A stretch of DNA of 63,622 nucleotides, filler included, from Octopus bimaculoides (Eukaryota), in assembly GCF_001194135.2 (NCBI RefSeq). It is 6 parts of 6 records of this genome, joined end to end, with 100 filler letters (N's around TTAATTAATTAA, not from the genome) between each part and the next. Parts side by side here need not be neighbours in the genome. Positions count along the whole stretch, not along the records: positions 45,565 to 53,294 come from NC_069006.1; positions 53,395 to 59,705 come from NC_069007.1; positions 59,806 to 61,979 come from NC_068992.1; positions 62,080 to 63,622 come from NW_026395992.1; 2 more parts are not named here. One strand, 5' to 3'. Shown here piece after piece: positions 52,580-63,291 of this stretch (the stretch's first letter is position 1; each line of letters starts with the position of its first letter). The notes below the pieces were generated by a model that was not told where the DNA came from, made no database searches, and saw only the letters and a list, made by a program, of their open reading frames with translations. Both the position numbers and the translations under genes were made by a program.

Positions 52580-53294
52580 CCGTTTCCCAGCTGGTCTTTA
52601 AATCCTCTTCTTCGATGCTGGTACTGGTCTTTATCTGCGGTGCCGCTTCACTCTCCTCCTCGTGCTTTTCCTCAGCCTCCACGAGCAGTGGAACACCAAC
52701 CACTTTCTCACTCTCCTGCCTTTCTTCAGACTTCATAGGAGGTGGAGTACAATCCTCTCTAATGTGGCCTTTCGGGTCACATTTACAGCCCTGCGGAATC
52801 CTCCCTTCCACTCTGACCTTCAGCGTTACGTTTGCGACGGCGACTATTTCCACCATACTTTCAATATCTTCCGTGTTAATCTATGCCACCATATCCAGAC
52901 TCTGCCCTTGCAGGGTGTTCCGGTGGCCTGCGGGACAACCACCTGTCCCTCCATGCCCAGCAGTATGGTAGCCACCAGCCTGTCCACATTCACTTCTGGT
53001 GGTATGTCTTCTACCCTAACCCTGGAAGTACGTCTCCCAAGGTATACGGGTAGAAGCACCACTTCTTCAGGTTTTAATGGTGCGGCTGAGTGCAGTCTGG
53101 TGGTAGCTATTTCCCGAAACCGTACTTCCACTGTTCCGTACATTCTCCCCCTGGCAAGGTAGGATATTTCTTGCCAGACTGGCCTCAACGCCTTTTCAAT
53201 TTACGCCTCCGACACCACTTCTATTTTTCTTGTTGCCACCTCGTATAGCCTGTAAACAATCGTTCTCTCTTCCTTATCCTTGAACTCTTCTTTT
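52580..53294 (-). mobile_element. Tx1/L1-like LINE ORF1 (gag-like) fragment with a CCHC knuckle relic
   Basis: DKEERTIVYRLY..RPVWQEISYLARGRMYGTVEVRF..VYLGRRTSRVRVEDIPPEV.., then EGRIPQGCKCDPKGHIREDC and an acidic tail. The clade assignment rests on recalled family architecture. Confidence 0.6.
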
Positions 53295-53394
53295 NNNNNN
53301 NNNNNNNNNNNNNNNNNNNNNNNNNNNNNNNNNNNNNNTTAATTAATTAANNNNNNNNNNNNNNNNNNNNNNNNNNNNNNNNNNNNNNNNNNNN
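53295..53394. other. Artificial 100-bp scaffold spacer with TTAATTAATTAA linker
   Basis: 44 N + linker (53339-53350) + 44 N. Confidence 0.95.
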
Positions 53395-53395
53395 T

Positions 53396-53676
53396 CTATC
53401 GATCTCTTTTGCTGAACCGCTAAGTTACGGGGACATAAACACACCAGCATCGGTTGTCAAGCGATGTTGGGGGGACAAACACAGACATACAAACACATAC
53501 ACACATACATATATATATACATATATACGACAGGCTTCTTTCAGTTTCCGTCTACCAAATCCACTCACAAGGCTTTGGTCGGCCCGAGGCTATAGTAGAA
53601 GACACTTGCCCAAGATGCCACGCAGTGGGACTGAACCCGGGACCATGTGGTTGGTAAGCAAGCTACTTACCACACA
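53396..53676 (-). mobile_element. SINE family B, well conserved
   Basis: On the minus strand: B box GGGTTCAGTCCC, CORE-like GGCATCTTGGGCAAGTGTCTTCTACTATAGCCTCGGG, and an internal (TA/TG)n. Confidence 0.9.
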
Positions 53677-54195
53677 TTCATATATATATATGTATGTATG
53701 TATTTATGTATGCATGTGTGTGTGTGTGTGTGTGTGTGTGTCCCCACCACCATAGCTTGACAACCAGTGTTGGTTTGTTTACATCCCCATAACTTAGCAG
53801 TTCAGTAAAACGAGTGATAGAATAAGTCCCAGGTTTAATGTAAAAAAAAAACTACTGGGGTCAATTCATTTGACTAAAAATTCTTCAAGGTAAGTGCCCC
53901 AGCATGGTCGCAGTTTCATGACTGGAACAATTGAAAAGTAAACAAGATGATGGGCTTCTTACAGTTTTCACTTACCAAATCTTCTTGCAAGGCTTTGGTA
54001 GACCCTAAGCGCTATAGTAGAAAGCACTTGCCCAAGGTGTCACATTTTTACACCAAAGATGGGCCCAGCCTGAAATGCTGGATACGTCATTTGAGTTAGG
54101 GTCACAAGCCTAAGCAACACAATAAAAAATAGGGCAGAGGTGTAAGAGATGTGAAGGTAATATAAAGATTTGGGTTCACAAAGAAAGGGACTCAC

Positions 54196-54316
54196 CTGTT
54201 CATAAGTATTTGATTCCGTATGATGGTTACTCATGAATATGGAACATCCAAGACCTCCAGTATAAAGATCAATCAATTGTGATAATTCCTTGTAATTCCA
54301 AATACCAGCACCCATT
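54196..54316 (-). CDS. PITRM1: Presequence protease PITRM1/PreP (M16C metalloprotease) exon D, 121 nt, phase 2 to 0
   Basis: Acceptor AG 54318-17, donor GTGAGT from 54195. (K)MGAGIWNYKELSQLIDLYTGGLGCSIFMSNHHTESNTYEQ aligns with human LGCGLLDYREQAQQIELKTGGMSASPHVLPDDSHMDTYEQ (human sequence from memory). Confidence 0.93.
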
Positions 54317-54369
54317 CTAAACAGAAGAGGTAGACCTTATGTTAAAAAGAAATACATCAGAATATAGGA

Positions 54370-54992
54370 GCAGGCATGACTGTGTGGTGAGAAGTTTGCT
54401 TCCCGACCGCATGGTTTTGGGTTCTGTCCCACTCTGTGGCACCTTGGGCAAGTGTCTTCTACTATTGTCTTGCACTGACCAAAGCCTTGTGAGCGAAGAT
54501 GGTTAGCAGAAACTGAAAGAAGCCTGTCGAGTGTATATGTAAGTGTGTGTCTTTGTACTTGTGTTTGTCCATCTGCACCACCACCACCACCACCACCACT
54601 TGATAACCGGTGTTGGTGTTTTTACATCACAATAACTTAGTGGTTCAGCAAAAGAGACTGATAGAATAAGTACCAGGCCTTACAAAAAAAAAAAAACAAG
54701 TACTGGGGTTGATTCATTCAACTAAGATTCTTCAAGTCAGTGCCCCAGTATGGCCACAGTCTAATGATTGAAACAAGTGTGGCTGTGTGGCAAGAAACTC
54801 ACTTCCCAATCACATGGTTCAGGGTTCAGTCTTACTGCATGGCACCATGGGCAAATGTCTTCTACTATAACTTCAGGCCAACCAAAGCCCTTCTGAGTGG
54901 ATCTGGTAGCTGGAAACTAAAAGAAGCCCATCGTATACTCTATTTACTCTTTTACTTGTTTCAGTCATTTGACTGTGACCATGCTGGAGCAC
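54370..54992 (+). mobile_element. SINE family B cluster in a PITRM1 intron: full copy (+, 54370-54779), second head (+, 54775-54935), tail (-, 54935-54992)
   Basis: GCAGGCATGACTGTGTGG..GGCACCTTGGGCAAGTGTCTTCTAC..GCCCCAGTATGGCCACAGTC. Confidence 0.85.
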
Positions 54993-55532
54993 AATATAAA
55001 TATATAAGTGTGTGCATGTATGTGTAACTGTGTATGTGTATGTAACTGTGTGTGTGTATGTAACTGTGTGTGTGTGTGACTGCATGTATGACTGCGTGTG
55101 TGTGCATGTATGACTGCGTGTATATGTGCATGTGTGTGTGACCATGTGCATGTGCTTGTGAGAGAGAGAGAGTGTGCGTCGCCATATTTTTGAAGTAACC
55201 CCTTTATGTCATGCTAACTTAACATTTTGACAAATAGGGAGTGATAAAATAAGTACAAGAGCATCCAGCCATAGAAACCATGCCAAAGCAGACACAGGAG
55301 AAGGACGTAGTCGTTGGGCCTCTTAGATCCTGTCAAACCGTCCAACCCATGCCAGCATGGAAGATGGATGTATGATAACAATGATGATGTTGAAAATAAA
55401 CAGCATATTTGAAATGATTAATGGAGTTGTTATACAGTTGACTAACACACCCGAAGAAGGTGGTCTAGCATGGTCACCAGCATAAAAGGGAAACAGATAA
55501 AAAAACAAAAAAAAAACAAAAAGAAAACTCAC

Positions 55533-55665
55533 TTTGTAAAGATATCGGTGAATAGAGGTAGATATGATTTGAGATCCTCGGGTAGATGTGAGGTATCGGC
55601 TAGGAGGTTCATGTAAGTGATCTCGTTAGTTGGTTGTGCACAGCAGTAAATAGGGACACCACTGG
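55533..55665 (-). CDS. PITRM1: PITRM1 exon C, 133 nt, phase 1 to 2
   Basis: Acceptor CAG 55668-66, donor GTGAGT from 55532. (S)SGVPIYCCAQPTNEITYMNLLADTSHLPEDLKSYLPLFTDIFT(K) aligns with human GDIPVQYCAQPTNGMVYFRAFSSLNTLPEELRPYVPLFCSVLTK. Confidence 0.95.
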
Positions 55666-55732
55666 CTGTTTAAGGAAGAAATTAGCATTAAGTCAATTTA
55701 GGGACACAAATAAGAAACAATGAAACAAGATA

Positions 55733-55949
55733 TGAGCGGGGGCTGAAAAATTCCTGGCTTTAAGGGTATCAAGAAAGGCCTGGTTGGAGGCCCAACTTTC
55801 TGAGTTCTTTTACAGGGGTTAGAAAAACTGATGGACCATTGCAATGAGTGAATGAATCTGAGAGGGGAATATGTTGAATAAAATCATAATTAACTGGTCC
55901 TCCTGTATTTTCTTTTACCCAAAGCCAGGAACTATTTAGCCCCCATTCA
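55733..55949 (+). mobile_element. Mariner-derived MITE (about 217 bp), copy 2
   Basis: TIRs TGAGCGGGGGCTGAAAAATTCCTGGCTTT and AAAGCCAGGAACTATTTAGCCCCCATTCA with TA flanks. The internal FYRGLEKLMDHCNE..RGEYVE* is a transposase C-terminus relic. Confidence 0.75.
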
Positions 55950-56070
55950 TAAAATGAGAGACTTTGAAGGAGATTACAGTTCTGTACTTCTATGAAATTA
56001 ATACATATCTCTTCTGAAAAAGTCTCAAACATTTTGGAATGCACCTTCCATATAAACCGAATCGAGAATA

Positions 56071-56457
56071 TGGTTGTTGTTGGCACTCCGTCGCTTACGA
56101 TGTCGAGGGTTCCAGTTGATCCAAACAATGGAACAGCCTGCTCGTGAAATTAACGTGCAAGTGGCTGAGCACTCCACAGACACGTGTACCCTTAACGTAG
56201 TTCTCGGGGATATTCAGCGTGACACAGTGTGACAAGGCTGACCCTTTGAATTACAGGCACAACAGAAACAGGAAGTAAGAGTGAGAGAAAGTTGTGGTGA
56301 AAGAGTACAGCAGGGTTCGCCACCATCCCCTGCCAGAGCCTCGTGGAGCTTTAGGTGTCTTTGCTCAATAAACACTCACAACGCCCGGTCTAGGAATCGA
56401 AATCACGATTCTATGACCGCAAGTCCGCTGCCCTAACCACTGGGCCATTGCGCCTCC
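56071..56457 (-). mobile_element. SINE family C, full length, in a PITRM1 intron
   Basis: Reverse complement of the 49545-49911 copy. The head starts 27 nt downstream of the exon B donor. Confidence 0.92.
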
Positions 56458-56483
56458 CAAGAATATGGTACTGTGGTACTTAC

Positions 56484-56600
56484 ATGCATAGTGAATTGTT
56501 GTTGGTACCCTGACTATGTCACGCTCGATATCTGCAATGTGAATGGTTGGAAGACAAGAAAGGTCCTCTGTATGCATCTGTTTCTCCAGCAATTCTAAAC
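56484..56600 (-). CDS. PITRM1: PITRM1 exon B, 117 nt, phase 1 to 1
   Basis: Acceptor TAG 56603-01, donor GTAAGT from 56483. (G)LELLEKQMHTEDLSCLPTIHIADIERDIVRVPTTIHYA aligns with human GLELRSQQSKPQDASCLPALKVSDIEPTIP. Confidence 0.95.
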
Positions 56601-57273
56601 CTAAGGAATTGGGACAAACAAAAAACAATAAAAAGCAAAAGTGATTTAATCCTTTAGTATTCAAACAGGTCAAATCTGGCTCAAATATTCTACCTGTTTT
56701 ACATTAAAACTGGACTGAACTGGCCTCTCGTACCTACCCTACAATGTCATTCTACAAATAAGCAATCGAACCAATGAATCCTTGAAGCTCTGAGATAATC
56801 CAGGATTACTTGAAAACAATGAGAATAAATAAACAATAGATTTGACCAAATAATTTGAATGTTAAATGGTTAAAATGGCCATATCCGACCAAAATATTCT
56901 ACAATTTTATGTTCAAAGTGGCAAGATTTGGCTTCTCACACCTAACCTACTATGTCATTCTAAAAATAAACAATCACATCATCAAAATCTCAAAGTTACA
57001 AGATAATTTCATGATTAATTCAAAACAATCACATTTGACAGACTAATCTGAGTGCTAAAGGGTTAAACTGGTCGTATCCAGCCCATATACTCTCCCTATT
57101 TTATGTTCAAACCAACTAGATCTGGCCTTTCACACCTACCTTACAATGTCATTCTAAAGATACACATTCACATCATTGTAATCTCAAAACAAGATAATTC
57201 AGGATTAACTCCGAGCAATGTGAATAAATAAGCAATATATTTGACAGAATAATATGAGTGCTAACGGGTTAAA

Positions 57274-57495
57274 TGTTGGTTTCGAATCCTGGCACAAGGC
57301 CAGCCAGCAATTTCGGTGAAGGGGCTAAAGTTGACTACACCAACCCCAGTGCTCAGCTGGTATTCATTTTAGTGACCCTGAAAGGATGCAAGGCAAAGTT
57401 GACCTCGGTGGGATTTGAACTCAGAACGTAAAGACCGATGGAACTATACCAAGCATTTTACCTGGTGTGCTAATGATTCTCCTACCTGGCCTCCT
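57274..57495 (-). mobile_element. SINE family A, decayed
   Basis: GGCACAAGGCC..GAAAGGATGCAAGGCAAAGTTGACCTCGGTGGGATTTGAACTCAGAACGTAAAG..GTGCTAATGATTCT. Confidence 0.8.
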
Positions 57496-57555
57496 CAAAA
57501 AGGTGATTTAAATATTCATGCATATTTATACATACATACAATTATATAAACACAC

Positions 57556-57595
<40 letters not shown>

Positions 57596-57886
57596 GTGAA
57601 TAAAAATAAAAATTAAAAAATATAAAAAAGGATTTTGTATGATCGTGTATAGAGGAATATATTATTTAAAAGAGTTCCAACTCTGTTTTTTATGTTTTAT
57701 TTATATTCTTCTAAAATTAATGTGGGATATAGAATATGGAATATATAATACAAAATAGTAAAATGAAATGAAGTATTGAATGTCTTATTGAATATATGAA
57801 ATATTGAGTATTGAATATAGAGTATTAAATATATAAGGACTAGTATACTTTCCTGCCTTATGGCATTCATCAAGGTCTTGTCTGAC

Positions 57887-57929
<43 letters not shown>

Positions 57930-57970
57930 GAGATACACATTTAAATACAATCATACACATATTGCCACAC

Positions 57971-58084
57971 CACTTTGTCGGTTATGATGAAAAGGGTTCC
58001 AGTTGATCCAATCAACGGAACAGCCAGCTCATGAAATTAACGTGCAAGTGGCTGAGCACTCCACAGACACATGTACCCTTAACA
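57971..58084 (-). mobile_element. SINE family C 3' fragment
   Basis: GGGTTCCAGTTGATCC..GAAATTAACGTGCAAGTGGCTGAGCACTCCACAGACAC matches 56107-56190. Confidence 0.85.
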
Positions 58085-58358
58085 TCCCACATGAAAGAGA
58101 TAGAGAAGGATATAAACATAGAGTGGAGGTTGAGATGTATATGAGAGGGACAAGGCGTGAATGTAGGGAATGGTAAATGAAGAAACAGGGTGGGGAGGGG
58201 ATCAATGGTAAATATGGGTGAGTGGTAGGGGTGAAGATAAGCGTGATAGAAGGATGTTGAATGGGAATGATTCAAAAGAGAAGACAACACATTGGGCGTT
58301 CAAACAAAAAAACAAACTGAAAGAACCCCTTATTTAAAGGATCCTGTATGACACCTAC

Positions 58359-58497
58359 CCCTTTTATGTAGCTGCATCTTCTCTTCCTCACTCAATGTCG
58401 AGCTGATCTCAGAGAGACGTGTGTTCTCCTCTTCCTGAAGTTTCTTGTCGTAATCCTCATCGGGTCGCATCACCAAAGTAAGCTTGTGTGGATTGTC
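58359..58497 (-). CDS. PITRM1: PITRM1 exon A, 139 nt, phase 0 to 1
   Basis: Acceptor TAG 58500-58498, donor GTAGGT from 58358. DNPHKLTLVMRPDEDYDKKLQEEENTRLSEISSTLSEEEKMQLHKR(G) aligns with human NNQHKLTLSMRPDDKYHEKQAQVEATKLKQKVEALSPGDRQQIYEKG. Confidence 0.95.
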
Positions 58498-58734
58498 CTA
58501 ACGGAACATGGATAGAAACGGTAAATCATCAGTATTATCAGCATTATCATTTAACATCTACCGTAAATCCTCGAGTATAATCCGCCCTTGAGTATAAAAA
58601 AAGGTCAGATGTTATTTTAGTGCCAATCCACTAAATTCCTCCTTCTCATACATTCTGCTGTTAGTTGTGCTTCCGCTACGGAGAGATGACTGGTGCTTAT
58701 GAAATAAGCAAATTACAAAACTTGACACAAACAC

Positions 58735-59332
58735 ATATGACAGGCTTCTTTCAGTTTCCATCTACTAGATCTACTCACGAGGTTTTGGATGATCTGGGGG
58801 CTTTACTAAAAAAAACTTGCCCAAAGTTCCACACAGTGGGACTGAACTCAGAATCATGTGGTTGAGATGCAAACTTGTTAATTCTGCAACTATTCTTGTG
58901 CCAATGTTTTAAGCATATAGTTTGTAGCACGATATAACAGTGAAAAAAAAACATTACACAATGTAATCAAATTTTTGTTCTTATTTTTTGCCTTTGGTTA
59001 GTTCCGGGTTCAGTCCCACTGCGTGGCACCTTGGGCAAGTGTTATCTATAGCCTCGGGCTGACCAAAGCCTTGTGAGTGGATTTGGTAGACAGAAACTGA
59101 AAAGAAGTCCGTCGTATATATGTATATATACATGTGTGTGTATATGTTTGTGTGTCTGTGTTTGTCCCCCACAACATCGCTTGACAACCGATGGTAGTGT
59201 GTTTACGTCTCCGTAACATAGCGGTTCGGGAAAAGAAACTGATAGAATAAGTCCTGGGGTCGATTTGCTCGACTAAAGGTGGTGCTCCAGCATGGCCACA
59301 GTCAAATGACTGAAACAAGAGAAAGAGAAAGT
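58735..59332. mobile_element. Two opposed SINE family B copies (-, 58735-58880 decayed; +, 59001-59332)
   Basis: GTTCCGGGTTCAGTCCCACTGCGTGGCACCTTGGGCAAGTG..GGTGCTCCAGCATGGCCACAGTCAAATGACTGAAACAAG, with a reverse-oriented head upstream. Confidence 0.85.
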
Positions 59333-59572
59333 GTTATTTCATATTTGTTTCTCTCTAGAAATCAAAGGAAACGACTACTATTCCCTTCAAACTTTGCTTT
59401 TCTCACCTGGACATCAATGTTTTAAAGCTGACCAATTTCCCATTACATTTCAGACAGATTCAGCGCTGAGTTGCTGAAGCAGAAATATCATTATAGCAAA
59501 TATTCTGCTCAATACCTCAGATTAGCTTGTCAGTTGCTTGACTGTAATTATGTCCTTTAGTAGATGATAATG

Positions 59573-59705
59573 ACACCCTAAGTTACCAAATCAGTAACAC
59601 CCTAAGTTACCAAATCAGTAACACCCTAAGTTACCAAATCAGTAACACCCTAAGTTACCAAATCAGTAACACCCTAAGTTACCAAATCAGTAACACCCTA
59701 AGTTA
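59573..59705. repeat. Perfect 24-bp minisatellite (ACACCCTAAGTTACCAAATCAGTA) x5.5, running into the spacer
   Basis: Five identical units from 59573 plus a 13-nt partial unit. Confidence 0.97.
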
Positions 59706-59805
59706 NNNNNNNNNNNNNNNNNNNNNNNNNNNNNNNNNNNNNNNNNNNNTTAATTAATTAANNNNNNNNNNNNNNNNNNNNNNNNNNNNNNNNNNNNNNN
59801 NNNNN
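59706..59805. other. Artificial 100-bp scaffold spacer with TTAATTAATTAA linker
   Basis: 44 N + linker (59750-59761) + 44 N. Confidence 0.95.
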
Positions 59806-60040
59806 TTTCCTTTCCTCTCTTGGCCACTGCCAAGCAAGCACGAACTTTCTTCTCTTTTCCCCTCAAGTTCGTCAAATCACAGCGTTCAGTATATATATTA
59901 TTTTCTCGTCTGGCCTAACAGCCCTCCATGTTTTTCTTTCTCTGTCGTGTTGCTCAAGAACACAACACACAACCCGGTCCGGAAATCGAACTCACTAGCT
60001 CATGATTGTGAGCCCTACGTATATATGGGTGTGCTGTGCC

Positions 60041-60088
<48 letters not shown>

Positions 60089-61491
60089 TGTGTGCGCGCG
60101 CGTGCATATATTATTATTATTATTATTATTATTGCAGTAAATTTTCTGTTTACAGATATCAACTCCTATCCTGACTTTCTTTTAGGGGAATTATTTGTGT
60201 ACATCGTTCCATCTCTTTGTTGCTGTTCGCTGGTCGATAAGCAGACAATATAACCATTGCTATCCACCTCTGTTATATTTATCATTTATTTATTTAATTG
60301 TTGTATATCCAGAACTGCTTTGTCCATGTATTTTTTCTTTTGCTTTGTTATTGTTCTTTTCTATGACAGTAACATATTATATTAACAAGATTTAGCTACA
60401 CTATTTCGTCGGTTCCGCTACCAAACAGGAGTTCTTTTACTGCATCGTTACTTTGGTATGTTTAACCATCGGATTTTCATTTGAGGATTTCAAAATTTAA
60501 GCTACTAATTCTTTTATCATCATGATTCCCTGTTTTGCTTACATTCTTCAAGTCTGCAGTTTGAATAATATATTTTAAACCTTCCTTCGATGTTATTTAA
60601 ATGAGTTTGAAGAATCTGCCTATAGCAGAAAGTGAAAAAAATATTCTCTGGAAATATTTTTAGAAGATTATTGGAAAAAAGGGTAAATGTGCGGAATTTT
60701 TGAGTCTTAAATTATTTTTATTATTTGTGTACTTATAAATTATTTTACAGAGAAAGATAGCAAAATGTGTGAAAGCATATTTCAAAACGGTTAGTTTAGA
60801 CAATCAGAAGTAATTTCTTAATTGTCTGAATGGGACAGCTATTGTTAATCACGTATTTTGCAAATAACAAATAATTTGTAAAAATGTAAAATTAATGAGT
60901 AAATAACAATGATAAAACATCTTTTACAAAAAGATGTCTTATCTCTTCTTTCAGAATATTCATTGTTTTAGTACCAACTAAAATGTAATCGAGAAAATGA
61001 AAGAATGAAATTATTTTAGGAAATATGTTTGAACAATTATTAATGACAATGGCTTTAAAAAGATAAATTAAAAATAACAATTTAAGAAATTCTTTATACT
61101 TTATAAATAGTATTAAAAATTAATATCAATGTCTGTAAGCGAGAAAATAAAAAGCGACATTATACGCGTAGACAGATGGATAGATAGATACATCCACACA
61201 CTCATATATACATACATACATATTTACATAGTTGCATACACACATACATGTACGAGTAAGTGAACAAACAAAAGAAAGTAGCACTCAACACAAAACAGTT
61301 TAACTTAGTTCCACATGACTTAAAGTTTCATGGGAGCGTAGAACATGTCAATCTCATCAGCTGCTCGGCGCAGAGTGGGAGTTTTCAGAAATATTCAAGA
61401 TGGCTTCCAGGTGTTTAGCCCTTGTTCGTCGGATCACGTCACGTGGTATTAACGCTTTCAAAACAACACAAGCTATTTTCCTTATTTTTTG

Positions 61492-61709
61492 CGGTGGCGA
61501 GCTGGCTGAATCGTTAGCACGCTGGACGAAATGCTTAGCGGTGTTTCGCCCGTCGCTACGTACTGAGTTCAAATTCCGCCGAAGTCGACTTTGCCTTTCA
61601 TCCTTTCGGGGTTGATAATTAAGTACCAGTTTCATACTGGAGTCAATCTAATCGACTGGTCCCCTCCCCCAACATTTCAGGCCTTGTGCCTATAGTAGAA
61701 AGGATTATT
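61492..61709 (+). mobile_element. SINE family A, best-preserved copy
   Basis: GGTGGCGAGCTGGCTGAATCGTTAGC (A-box-like), GAGTTCAAATTCC (B box), GACTTTGCCTTTCATCCTTTCGGGGTTGATAATTAAGTACCAG central domain. Confidence 0.92.
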
Positions 61710-61939
61710 TTTAGGCCCACATTTTCGGACATGATGATGGCAGGGTACTGGCATAACTTTGGCGGCAAACTTGGCATAATGTATTCAACATTATCAGTTC
61801 CTTACACTTAGCACCGCACGTGGTCCGGTGGTATGTTGGTGGGAGTCTTGAAGGGGCCATTTGGATAACATGTCGTGATCACCATTGACAAGCGATGGTG
61901 GAGGGACAAACACAGATATACATACATATATATATATAC

Positions 61940-61979
<40 letters not shown>

Positions 61980-62079
61980 NNNNNNNNNNNNNNNNNNNNN
62001 NNNNNNNNNNNNNNNNNNNNNNNTTAATTAATTAANNNNNNNNNNNNNNNNNNNNNNNNNNNNNNNNNNNNNNNNNNNN
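61980..62079. other. Artificial 100-bp scaffold spacer with TTAATTAATTAA linker
   Basis: 44 N + linker (62024-62035) + 44 N. Confidence 0.95.
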
Positions 62080-63197
62080 ACCGTAACCCTAACACCCTAG
62101 TGAAAATCGTGCGAGTGTTAATCTGAATATTTACCAAATTCCGGTCAAAACGAAGAAAATCTAACTTATGTGGACGTCCTGATTTCAAACTCCTCCAAAT
62201 ATATTTTCGTCAAATTTAGATACCTTATTTTAAAAATTCTTTTTATCAAACAAGCGAAGACGACTCTGATGTATAAGGGAAGATAACTCTTATTTAACTT
62301 GGTAGGTGGCGCCCGCGTTTATCAGCTGAAATGACAAAACGTTCGCTTATAGGGTTCATACTGTAGTGGATTCCCTTTACATTATAGTATAAACAATTGG
62401 GGCCGTCTGGGTACCTTATTAATAAGCATCAAATATAGATGAGGCACAAGAAAAGCATTCACGCTCTAAACTATTCGTGTAACTGACAGCTACTCATTAC
62501 CAAACAATCCTAGACATTGAAGGACGTGAATAGGAACAGAAACATCAGGAGGGAGACCGTGAAGAAGAAACAAATATAGAAAGAGGATTTTAAGACGGAC
62601 ACAAAGGGTACACAAGATGTCAACTGGTCTGGAAGAGACATTAAGAGGTCCACTTCCTGTGACAAAAAGCAGAGACACGGTAAGTTGTTCATATCAACAG
62701 TGCAATTGATTGGTATAGAGTGACGGAACACTGTCCTGTGGTATTTACTTACAACTCTGGACAACTGCTGACATAGACTTTTGCCTTTCATTTTCTTGGG
62801 ATCAATGAAATACATCATTTGAATACTGGTGTCGATGTAATTGGTTATACTAAACTCATATTTTAATACATTGGGTTATAAAAGAAATATTTTCTTTAAT
62901 TAGGTTCACAATCAATGCTTATATATATTTATTGGTACGTTGATGCAACAGGAAAAACAGAACTCCAAATATGAGTATATATTTTGGCACATATTTTTGT
63001 TAATATTTAGAAGTAACTAAGTGACTCAAGGTCACAGGGTTTCGTGCGTTAAGTGCCAACGCACGAACCTCTTGAATCTTCAGCCACTCTTTTACTTCTC
63101 CTAAATATGTATGTCTATATGTATATGTATGTGTATATGTATACATATGTATATATATATATATGTATGTGTATATGTATACATATGTATGTTTATA

Positions 63198-63228
<31 letters not shown>

Positions 63229-63291
63229 ACATATATATGTATGTATATGTATCTATGTATATATATATATGTATATGTATGTATGTATGCT

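Noticed and set aside
58188-58231. G-run cluster in a purine-rich PITRM1 intron tract (possible G4)
   Set aside because: It is low-complexity sequence with one long loop, and nothing supports function.
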